This document shows, piece by piece, positions 1 to 6,985 of a stretch of 25,498 nt of DNA. Both the position numbers and the translations under genes were made by a program. The notes under the pieces were generated by a model. The model ran no database searches and was not told the DNA's origin. It worked only from the letters and a program-made list of their open reading frames with translations. The stretch covers positions 1-25,498 of IMG/VR virus record IMGVR_UViG_3300022178_003741; one strand, 5' to 3'. Numbering within the stretch: the first letter of the stretch is position 1; each line of letters starts with the position of its first letter. Source of the DNA: a virus. Lineage: Duplodnaviria; Caudoviricetes.

Positions 1-2
1 TT

Positions 3-344
3 AATAAGCTGCTAGATCAAGGGGAACAGAGTACCGATTTTGGTACTAGTGGCTGTATGTACCGTAGTAGTGAGGGCTTATGTTGCATTGTAGGCTTCAT
101 GATGGATGATGAGACAGCACACAAAGCTGATAGTATGGGGGAGTCCTCAGTGGCTTATTTAATAAGGGATGGACTATGGGGGGAGGACTTAACAGAGTTA
201 CAGGTTAGCCAACTTGTTAGGCTACAAGGATGTCACGACTTTGTCGACAATATTAAGCCATTCAATGAGGAGTTTATAGAAGCAGTGAAGTCTACATATA
301 ACTTAGCGTGGCTAGCTAAAGCACTAAAGGAGCAAGGCGAATGA
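3..344 (+). CDS. Phage hypothetical protein (5'-truncated by the window)
   Basis: Frame is open from base 3 (NKLLDQGEQSTDFGTSGCMYRSSEGLCCIVG...), so ATG57 is probably internal; the C.YR..EGL.C.VG pattern recalls a common small phage protein family; ends KEQGE. Confidence 0.75.
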   Translation, partial: NKLLDQGEQSTDFGTSGCMYRSSEGLCCIVGFMMDDETAHKADSMGESSVAYLIRDGLWGEDLTELQVSQLVRLQGCHDFVDNIKPFNEEFIEAVKSTYNLAWLAKALKEQGE

Positions 345-345
345 C
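326..345 (+). repeat. Gene-junction repeat copy 1 (AAAGGAGCAAGGCGAATGAC)
   Basis: Identical over 20/20 bp to 448-467; contains SD AAGGAG and an ATGA stop/start overlap. Confidence 0.9.
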
Positions 346-466
346 AATTTTTGAGTTTATGAGTGACAGCCCATTCCTTACTGCGTTTATAGTTGTGATT
401 ATTGGAATGACCTTAGAAGCGATATTTAAAACACTATTAAGTAAGAAAAAGGAGCAAGGCGAATGA
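341..466 (+). CDS. 41-aa small membrane protein (absent from the ORF track)
   Basis: MTIFEFMSDSPFLTAFIVVIIGMTLEAIFKTLLSKKKEQGE; strong SD, ATGA overlaps at both ends, one hydrophobic helix then a Lys-rich tail. Confidence 0.8.
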   Translation: MTIFEFMSDSPFLTAFIVVIIGMTLEAIFKTLLSKKKEQGE

Positions 467-467
467 C
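448..467 (+). repeat. Gene-junction repeat copy 2 (AAAGGAGCAAGGCGAATGAC)
   Basis: Identical to 326-345. Confidence 0.9.
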
Positions 468-645
468 TGACATAGCTCAAATTTGCAAACTAAACAACAT
501 GACTGAGGCAGAATACCTTAATCAAATAACACTACACTTTTTGGCTTCGATGGATATGCAACTAGATAAACATGACAATGAGCCACTAACAATAACTAAA
601 GGTAATGTATCTTTACTGATAATGCGCCCAAAGGAGCAAGAGTGA
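463..645 (+). CDS. Phage hypothetical protein (60 aa)
   Basis: SD AAGGAG, overlapping start/stop at both ends, ends PKEQE. Confidence 0.75.
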   Translation: MTDIAQICKLNNMTEAEYLNQITLHFLASMDMQLDKHDNEPLTITKGNVSLLIMRPKEQE

Positions 646-649
646 TGAC
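630..649 (+). repeat. Gene-junction repeat copy 3 (AAAGGAGCAAGAGTGATGAC)
   Basis: 16/20 match to copies 1-2, at the same position relative to a stop/start overlap. Confidence 0.75.
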
Positions 650-842
650 TAAGCCAACCAAAAAACAGAAAATTAAGATGCTAGAAATATCAAACGCTTT
701 TCTTATGGCTGAAATTGTAGAGCTTGAGAAAGAAAATAAAGAACTACAAGAATGGTTCGATGAATGTTACGAGGAGTTGCGGTTAACGAGAGATGCTGTT
801 GAGTTTGCACCCCGTTCTTGTGAGCCAAAGGATCAAAAGTGA
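642..842 (+). CDS. Small coiled-coil phage protein (start GTG642 or ATG645)
   Basis: Basic N-terminus, heptad-like AEIVELEKENKELQEWFDECYEEL, SD upstream, ends PKDQK. Confidence 0.7.
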   Translation: MMTKPTKKQKIKMLEISNAFLMAEIVELEKENKELQEWFDECYEELRLTRDAVEFAPRSCEPKDQK

Positions 843-846
843 TGAT
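827..846 (+). repeat. Gene-junction repeat copy 4 (AAAGGATCAAAAGTGATGAT)
   Basis: 17/20 match to copy 3, same GTGATG stop/start overlap. Confidence 0.65.
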
Positions 847-1369
847 TGACTTACATGAAAAACAAAAACTTGTATATCGACTTTTACATAAAGCCAAGAT
901 ACCTGATGATTTAATGGCTGAAAAATTCCAAGACTTTGCTGCATATTTCTATTCTAATTATAAGTACGATGATGCTTATGCAGAGTCAACGTATATACAT
1001 CTTTTATTTGGTAATTGGTTGTCTCTCTGTGCTTTAAAATATAAGACAAAAGACAAAGTTGCATTACAACTGTCTATTAATCTTGGAAGTTACAATGACA
1101 GGAATAAGGATTGGTTGGATTGGCTGCAAATGGAAAGGGAAAATTACCTGTATACGACACAGCAAGAAATATCAATTTACTGTGAGGAAGTATTTAGTAT
1201 GTTCCAACCTTTAACACAAGAATATATCTTAGAGAAAGCAGGTAAACAGAAACTAACTAAAGATGAGGATAGTATTATAAAGAAAGTTAGTAGGGAAGAA
1301 GGTATCACAAGACAAGGTGTAGAACTCAGGATAAAAAAAGATTTAAATAAAGTTTTAAAAAACTTATAA
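839..1369 (+). CDS. Putative phage RNA polymerase sigma factor (ECF-like; start GTG839 or ATG842)
   Basis: About 175 aa; region-2-like EKFQDFAAYFY...YDDAYAESTYIHLLFGNWL; C-terminal region-4-like HTH IKKVSREEGITRQGVELRIKKDLNKV. Confidence 0.6.
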   Translation: MMIDLHEKQKLVYRLLHKAKIPDDLMAEKFQDFAAYFYSNYKYDDAYAESTYIHLLFGNWLSLCALKYKTKDKVALQLSINLGSYNDRNKDWLDWLQMERENYLYTTQQEISIYCEEVFSMFQPLTQEYILEKAGKQKLTKDEDSIIKKVSREEGITRQGVELRIKKDLNKVLKNL

Positions 1370-1400
1370 CATACACAACAACTGTTTGAATGGTGAGTAT

Positions 1401-3401
1401 ATGAAATTAGTATGTGACATAGAAGCGAATGGGCTTTACGAAGAAGCTGATACAATACACTGCGCTGTATTTAAAGATTTAGATACAGGTAAGGTGTACA
1501 GATTAACAAAGAAAGAAAGCATCCTAAAGATGTTAGAGAAGTGTACGTATCTCATCATGCACCACGGTATAGGGTATGATATACCCCTAATCAAGAAGAT
1601 ATACGGGTATGAGTACAAGGGTAAAATACTTGATACGGTATTAATGTCGAGAGAGATATTTAAGAATAGGCAAGTACCTGCACAGATGAAAGAAGACTAT
1701 AAAGCGGCAGGTAAGAAACTTAGTGGCTCACATAGTCTAGCATCATGGGGTTATACACTGGGTAGGGGGAAGGTAGAGCATGAGGATTGGTCTGTATTCT
1801 CAGATGCTATGATGCACAGATGTGTAGAGGATGTAGAGATAACACATATTTTGTATGAACACATACTTGGCAGTTGGAACAGAACTCACTTTCCACCCCG
1901 TTCTGCGTGGCTCACACATGACTTCATGAGGGTTATCAGTAGACAAGAGAAACATGGTTGGAAGTTAGATATTGATAGATGTGAGAAAAGTATACATCAA
2001 CTAACTAAGTGGATACGTTGGATAGATAACGTACTAGAATCTTCTCTACCTATATTACCAATCATTAAAGAAGATAGGTTAGATGAGAATGCTGATAGCA
2101 GTGGCTTCCAGAATCCTTTTACTAAAGCTGGTACGCTCCATGTGAGACTTGAGAACTGGATAGAGAGAGAAGGGATAAATTGGAATCGGGATATAATAGG
2201 AGGTGCTTTTTGCAGAATAACATTTAGAAAAGTCAATCTTAATTCAGACAAAGAAGTAAAAGAATGGCTAAAAGACATGGGCTGGCAGCCAGAAGAATAT
2301 AATTATAGTAAGAAGGAGGTAGATGAAGATGGTAATCCTAAGCGCACTAGTCCTAAGCTTAGTGCTGATGATTCTTTTATTGGTGTTGATAGTAAAGTTG
2401 GTGGTCTTATATGCAAGCGTGTTCAATGTAGGCACAGACAAAGTAACATCCAAGGCTGGCTTGATAGGGTTCGTCCTGATGCTCGGCTTGAGTCACGTAT
2501 TAGTGGCTTCGCTGATACTTATCGTGTACGCCATGCAAACATAGCTAATGTTCCTAATTTAAATAGTTTCTATGGGAAGCACATGAGGAAGTGTTTCACT
2601 TGTGAGGAAGGGATGGTACTGGTGAGTGCAGATGCTTCTGCTTGTCAAGACCGTATGATTATATCCAGAGCTAGGGATGTTGGTATTAAAGATCCTATCT
2701 TTGAGGATATGATATTAAATGGGGACAAATCCAAAGGTACAGACAGTCATAGTAGAGCAAGGGATGAGATTAATATTCTGTTTGCTGAGATGGGTCTACC
2801 ACCTATTAACCGTAGCGCCGCTAAGAACTTCTCTTATGCCTACAAGTTTGGAGGTGGTGCTAAGAAATTAGGCTTTATGGCAGGTGAGAAGAATGAAAAG
2901 AAAGCTATTAAGATAGGTAAAGCTATTAAGGAAGCATTCGATACAGTCTTCCAAGCTCAGATAGAACTGCAAGAACATTTGAAGAGAGAATGGATAAAGA
3001 GGTCTAGGAGTAGGCAGGTTAAGTATAAGTGGAAGGGGAGAGAGCAGGAGAAGACAGAGTATTACAATGGTCGCATTAAAGCTCTTGATGGTAGGGATGT
3101 GCTTATAAGAGATGAGAAGAACATACTTGTGTATACAGTACAGAGTGATGAAGCATTAGTTATGCAACACGCGACTGTCTTAGTTAACGAAAGATTAGAC
3201 GCTAAGTATGAGGATGGGGTAGACTTCAAACAAGTCGGATTCTTTCATGATGAATACACGTTTGAAGTTAAACCTGAAATAGCGGAGGATGTTAAAGTTA
3301 TACTTGAGGAGAGTATTGGAGAGTCAGGAGAGTATTTCAATCTTAACTTACCCCAGATAGGAGAAGGTGAGATTGGTTTAAATTGGTCAGAAATACACTA
3401 G
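1401..3401 (+). CDS. Family A (T7-type) DNA polymerase with 3'-5' exonuclease domain
   Basis: ExoI CDIEANGL, ExoII HHGIGYDIP, HSLASWGY, ExoIII RCVEDV; motif A LVSADASACQDR, motif B RSAAKNFSYAYKFG, LDGR, motif C FHDEY; ATG1401 has SD GGTGAG (the ORF-track TTG1386 is less likely). Confidence 0.97.
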   Translation: MKLVCDIEANGLYEEADTIHCAVFKDLDTGKVYRLTKKESILKMLEKCTYLIMHHGIGYDIPLIKKIYGYEYKGKILDTVLMSREIFKNRQVPAQMKEDYKAAGKKLSGSHSLASWGYTLGRGKVEHEDWSVFSDAMMHRCVEDVEITHILYEHILGSWNRTHFPPRSAWLTHDFMRVISRQEKHGWKLDIDRCEKSIHQLTKWIRWIDNVLESSLPILPIIKEDRLDENADSSGFQNPFTKAGTLHVRLENWIEREGINWNRDIIGGAFCRITFRKVNLNSDKEVKEWLKDMGWQPEEYNYSKKEVDEDGNPKRTSPKLSADDSFIGVDSKVGGLICKRVQCRHRQSNIQGWLDRVRPDARLESRISGFADTYRVRHANIANVPNLNSFYGKHMRKCFTCEEGMVLVSADASACQDRMIISRARDVGIKDPIFEDMILNGDKSKGTDSHSRARDEINILFAEMGLPPINRSAAKNFSYAYKFGGGAKKLGFMAGEKNEKKAIKIGKAIKEAFDTVFQAQIELQEHLKREWIKRSRSRQVKYKWKGREQEKTEYYNGRIKALDGRDVLIRDEKNILVYTVQSDEALVMQHATVLVNERLDAKYEDGVDFKQVGFFHDEYTFEVKPEIAEDVKVILEESIGESGEYFNLNLPQIGEGEIGLNWSEIH

Positions 3402-3410
3402 GAGATAAAG

Positions 3411-3653
3411 ATGAAAGCACCAGATATATTTATTATAATACCTTGTACGGAGGGGTACACACATTACATCAGACCCTATGATATTATTAACATGTGTGAG
3501 ACACCTAAAGGGGTATCGGTTAGATTTAAATTAACAGTGGAGGTAGCTTATTTAACTACACTGTTGACAGCCCAAGAAATACATGAAAGAATTATTCAGT
3601 TAGAAGAAGATAATTTTAAATACACATTTGGAGAAAAGAATGCCAGCAATTAA
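3411..3653 (+). CDS. Phage hypothetical protein (80 aa; weak FlbD/SwrD-like pattern)
   Basis: SD AGGAG upstream; beta-rich pattern ending in the helix TAQEIHERI. Confidence 0.7.
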   Translation: MKAPDIFIIIPCTEGYTHYIRPYDIINMCETPKGVSVRFKLTVEVAYLTTLLTAQEIHERIIQLEEDNFKYTFGEKNASN

Positions 3654-4197
3654 CGGTAATGTAGAAGCAGTAAGTATTAAAGAAATGCCTAGCGAAGATT
3701 CATATGGCAACACACATAGAGCCTCCCTGAAATTAGATGGTGAATGGTATTCATACGGCACAATTAAAAAATCTGAAATTAATATCAAGACAGGTGACTC
3801 TTGGACTCAGTTAGCTAAGGGTATGCAAGTAGAGTTTATGTACGACTTGAATGGAGACTTCAAGAACATTAAGAAGAAGACATTCAGTATTACAGATGCG
3901 ACTTCTGCTCAACCCCAGATGCAACAGCCTCAACAGGCATACGCTACATCAGCACCAGCTAGACGGGGCAATGTCAATCCTGCTGAAGTAGGGCAGTGCA
4001 TGAACTTAGCAGAGTCTGTCCTCGGCTATAGTGGGGAAGAACTTTTGAACCCTGAGAAAGTTATTGAAGCTATTGCTTGGTACAAAGAGGTGCGAGTGTT
4101 GTTTACGGAGTTGTATGAAGGTGTGACTATCAAAGAGAAGGTTGTTAAGACATCCCCTCCACCTCCTTCTAACAACTATGATGATGACGACGTATAA
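3640..4197 (+). CDS. Probable single-stranded DNA-binding protein
   Basis: Beta-rich, aromatic N-terminal domain consistent with an OB fold; Q/P-rich linker; acidic tail NYDDDDV; lies between the polymerase and exonuclease; ATG3640 follows SD GGAG. Confidence 0.65.
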   Translation: MPAINGNVEAVSIKEMPSEDSYGNTHRASLKLDGEWYSYGTIKKSEINIKTGDSWTQLAKGMQVEFMYDLNGDFKNIKKKTFSITDATSAQPQMQQPQQAYATSAPARRGNVNPAEVGQCMNLAESVLGYSGEELLNPEKVIEAIAWYKEVRVLFTELYEGVTIKEKVVKTSPPPPSNNYDDDDV

Positions 4198-4205
4198 TTA
4201 ATAAC

Positions 4206-4227
4206 AGAGACCCTTCGGGGTCTTTAT
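4206..4227 (+). terminator. cUUCGg hairpin after the SSB gene (weak intrinsic terminator or 3' stabiliser)
   Basis: AGACCC-TTCG-GGGTCT followed by only a short T run. Confidence 0.65.
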
Positions 4228-4244
4228 ACCAACAGGGGGTTGCA

Positions 4245-4460
4245 ATGGATATTCGAATAAAGAAAGCTAAGTATTTGGAGGGTTATCAAATGTCTATTAA
4301 TGATTTCTATTTTCATTTTGATGAAGTGGCAGTATCTTCTACGGAGGATGTTAGTCTCTACAATAGAGAACGCTTCATATGTTTAGTTGGTAAGAAGTAT
4401 AACAGTGAAGTATTAGAGCTGTGTGCAAAGCAAAGTATTCAAATTAGAGCATCGGAGTAA
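4245..4460 (+). CDS. Phage hypothetical protein (71 aa)
   Basis: G-rich SD upstream; collinear with the operon. Confidence 0.7.
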   Translation: MDIRIKKAKYLEGYQMSINDFYFHFDEVAVSSTEDVSLYNRERFICLVGKKYNSEVLELCAKQSIQIRASE

Positions 4461-4462
4461 TC

Positions 4463-4597
4463 ATGATAAATCCAGAAGTAAGACTTCTTCTAGCAAAAAT
4501 AAAATCACAACATGAACGTTGGAAACGAATTAGTAATCAGACTGTTGAAGAAGTTATTGATTACTTAGAAACAGAATTGGTGCAGAGTGATGAGTAA
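4463..4597 (+). CDS. 44-aa helical phage protein (absent from the ORF track)
   Basis: MINPEVRLLLAKIKSQHERWKRISNQTVEEVIDYLETELVQSDE; SD GGAG upstream; fills the gap between its neighbours. Confidence 0.65.
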   Translation: MINPEVRLLLAKIKSQHERWKRISNQTVEEVIDYLETELVQSDE

Positions 4598-4769
4598 ATT
4601 AAAAAGTATGAGCAGTACACCGCAGTGGTTTAGTAATCCTAATAAAGTCCAAACAGAGGAAGATATTAAAGAGTCCTTAGAGTACGAGCGGGTGCACTTA
4701 CAAATAAGACAGCAGGAATTGGAGGATATACATGAAGCCAGAATTAAAGAAAGCAACACTCGCTATTGA
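4590..4769 (+). CDS. Phage hypothetical protein (about 59 aa)
   Basis: Overlaps both neighbours; charged helical sequence. Confidence 0.55.
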   Translation: MSKLKSMSSTPQWFSNPNKVQTEEDIKESLEYERVHLQIRQQELEDIHEARIKESNTRY

Positions 4770-5508
4770 TGGAGACATACTCCTATATAGCATAGGCTGG
4801 GGGAGTGAAGATATTGAAGAGAGTTGGATAGTAGACGAAAGAATTGAAAACTTCTTTAAAAATCTTTTTAAAAGTGCAGGTACAAGTAAATATAAAGTCT
4901 ACCTAACAGGTAAGGGTAACTTTAGAGAACAGTTGGCAGTGAGCCATAAGTACAAAGGTAATAGAAAGAAAGATAAGCCTAAGTGGTACAAGTATATAAA
5001 AGATTATCTAATGTATATGTATAACACAGACTTAATAGAAGGGATGGAAGCAGATGATGCAATGGCAATGCACATCACAAAAGACAAAGATGCCATATGT
5101 TGTAGTATTGATAAGGACTTGTTACAAGTAGAAGGTTGGCATTACTCTTGGAAGACACACAACAGAGACTCACTTCCCTTGCGTTATGTGGATCACTGGG
5201 GTAAGTTAGAGAGGCAAGAGAAGAAGCTATATGGAGAGGGTGTGATGTGGTTGTACGCTCAATCTCTATTAGGGGACTCAACAGATAATATTGTCGGTAT
5301 AAAGGGATATGGTAATGTCAAAGTCTACAACACGCTCAAAGATTGCACGACAGAAACGGAGTTATATAATGTTGTCAAAGAAACATATGAAGGACAGCAT
5401 GGTGAAGAAGCCGAAGTTAAACTGAAAGAGAATATGGATTTACTGTGGATGGTGAGAGAGCTAACAGATAGAGGAGAGCCTATACTATGGCAACCACCAG
5501 AGGTGTAA
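4732..5508 (+). CDS. 5'-3' exonuclease (T7 gp6/FEN-like)
   Basis: Motifs AIDGDILLY, GNFR, YKGNR, EADD, SIDKDL and GDSTDNIVGIKGYG (H3TH). Confidence 0.95.
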   Translation: MKPELKKATLAIDGDILLYSIGWGSEDIEESWIVDERIENFFKNLFKSAGTSKYKVYLTGKGNFREQLAVSHKYKGNRKKDKPKWYKYIKDYLMYMYNTDLIEGMEADDAMAMHITKDKDAICCSIDKDLLQVEGWHYSWKTHNRDSLPLRYVDHWGKLERQEKKLYGEGVMWLYAQSLLGDSTDNIVGIKGYGNVKVYNTLKDCTTETELYNVVKETYEGQHGEEAEVKLKENMDLLWMVRELTDRGEPILWQPPEV

Positions 5509-5870
5509 AGAATAAAGCAGGGGATACATGGACAACAGCCCGATACTGGAGCTTCATACGGAGTTGTTTAAGGAGAGCTTGGAGTCGATATCCTGTTCGG
5601 TATCAAGTTTTAAAAGAAGCTCAGAAACCTTACACAGGAACAGATAATAGAACGAAGTGGTTGTATGAATGTTCTGACTGTTCTCTAGACTTTAAGACAA
5701 AGGAAGTAGAAGTAGACCACATTGTAGGAGCAGGAAGCTTAAAGGACTACAGTGACTTAGCTGGATTCTGTGAAAGATTGTTTTGTGAGGCAGATAACTT
5801 ACGTGTATTATGTAAACCTTGTCACAAAAAAAGAACGGATGCGGAGAAAAGCAATGCTAGAAAAATATAA
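5487..5870 (+). CDS. Zn-binding HNH endonuclease
   Basis: CSDC...VEVDHI...NLRVLCKPCHKKRT. Confidence 0.88.
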   Translation: MATTRGVKNKAGDTWTTARYWSFIRSCLRRAWSRYPVRYQVLKEAQKPYTGTDNRTKWLYECSDCSLDFKTKEVEVDHIVGAGSLKDYSDLAGFCERLFCEADNLRVLCKPCHKKRTDAEKSNARKI

Positions 5871-6030
5871 CTATTGGATATCTCTGATACACAGTGGGGA
5901 TACAGATACATTGATAGAAGAGATAAATGAAGAAGTGTTTCTTCTTTCACCTGAAGCTGGGGAAGAACTTGACATCACATTCGCAGAAGCTTGGGATTTT
6001 GCAAAGGGGTATAGAAATGAGAATTACTAA
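5854..6030 (+). CDS. Small acidic phage protein (58 aa)
   Basis: ATG5854 follows SD GGAG; the longer ORF-track start would overlap the HNH gene extensively. Confidence 0.6.
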   Translation: MLEKYNYWISLIHSGDTDTLIEEINEEVFLLSPEAGEELDITFAEAWDFAKGYRNENY

Positions 6031-6976
6031 TTGGAAATCAGAGGCAATATCTCTCGCTCTTACAACAACATTAAGTTGGAGAGCCATAGCTAAGAAGCTT
6101 AATAAGAGTAAGTCAACAGTGAGTGATTTACTACGTAAGGCTGCTAAGGATGACTACCTACAAACACCATCTAAGAAGGAAGATCAACCCAATATACTGC
6201 TATTTGATATTGAAACATCAATGATACAGGCTTACATTTGGGGGTTATGGAATCAAAACATTGGTATTAGCAGTATTATTAAAGACTGGTATGTTATCTG
6301 CTGGAGTGCAAGGTGGTTAGGTACAGAGAAGATGATACACGACTCCATTCATCTACATGGTAAGAAACTCCCGTACTCCGACTACGAAGAACAAGTGGTT
6401 CGCTCACTATGGATGTTGTTAGATGCAGCGGATATTGTTATAGCCTTCAATGGCAAGAAGTTCGATAAGAAGAAAATGAATGCTAAGTTCTTTGAGTACG
6501 AATTGTTAGAACCTACTCCTTACAAAATCATTGACCCAATGTTGATTGTGAAGGGGAACTTCGCATTAACAAGTAATAAGATGGACTTCGTAGTACGCTA
6601 TGTGAAGGATAATGATGAAGGTAAGTCTTCCACTAACATAGCTTTATGGCATAAGTGTATGAATAATGATGTAGCTTCCTTAGATTACATGCTAGATTAT
6701 TGCGACCAAGACATAGAAGTGTTAGAGAAGGTGTATAGGGCAGTAAGACATTGGGATAAGAATAGTCCCAATCTTGCTTTACATTACAAAGATGATAAGC
6801 CTCGCTGTAATGGATGTGGTTCAACTCAACTTAGGAAGTTGGAGAATAAGACTACACACACAACATTGAGTACTTTCTCTGTATTCAGATGTGATGGGTG
6901 TGGTAAGGTGCTGAGAGATAGAACAAGTCTCCTATCTAAAGAGAAGCGTAGTACATTATTAATGAATAGTAATTAG
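6017..6976 (+). CDS. RNase H-fold DEDD 3'-5' exonuclease with N-terminal HTH and C-terminal Zn finger
   Basis: HTH SWRAIAKKLNKSKSTVSDLLR; LLFDIETS, IAFNGKKFD, LDYCDQD; CNGC...CDGC; ATG6017 follows SD AGGGG. Confidence 0.88.
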   Translation: MRITNWKSEAISLALTTTLSWRAIAKKLNKSKSTVSDLLRKAAKDDYLQTPSKKEDQPNILLFDIETSMIQAYIWGLWNQNIGISSIIKDWYVICWSARWLGTEKMIHDSIHLHGKKLPYSDYEEQVVRSLWMLLDAADIVIAFNGKKFDKKKMNAKFFEYELLEPTPYKIIDPMLIVKGNFALTSNKMDFVVRYVKDNDEGKSSTNIALWHKCMNNDVASLDYMLDYCDQDIEVLEKVYRAVRHWDKNSPNLALHYKDDKPRCNGCGSTQLRKLENKTTHTTLSTFSVFRCDGCGKVLRDRTSLLSKEKRSTLLMNSN

Positions 6977-6985
6977 GGGTAAGAA

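Noticed and set aside
326-846. Junction repeats as a CRISPR array or integron attC sites
   Set aside because: Spacing is irregular (122-197 bp), the intervening DNA is coding, the repeats are not palindromic, and no cas or integrase gene is present
2323-2544. Hydrophobic 73-aa alternate-frame ORF inside the polymerase that looks like a holin or membrane protein
   Set aside because: Fully nested in a conserved polymerase region, and hydrophobicity in a shifted frame is expected from T-rich third positions. An AGGAGG just upstream (about 2314-2319) means it cannot be wholly excluded without ribosome profiling.
5009-5017. TAATGTATA, matching the recalled phiEco32 late promoter consensus
   Set aside because: Single occurrence in the middle of the exonuclease gene in AT-rich DNA, not placed upstream of a late gene
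703-6824. Minus-strand ORFs in the left arm (703-897, 1177-1455, 1436-1618, 1997-2278, 2268-2453, 3600-3788, 4565-4759, 5075-5281, 6633-6824)
   Set aside because: Antisense shadows of well-supported + strand genes, with no recognisable motifs
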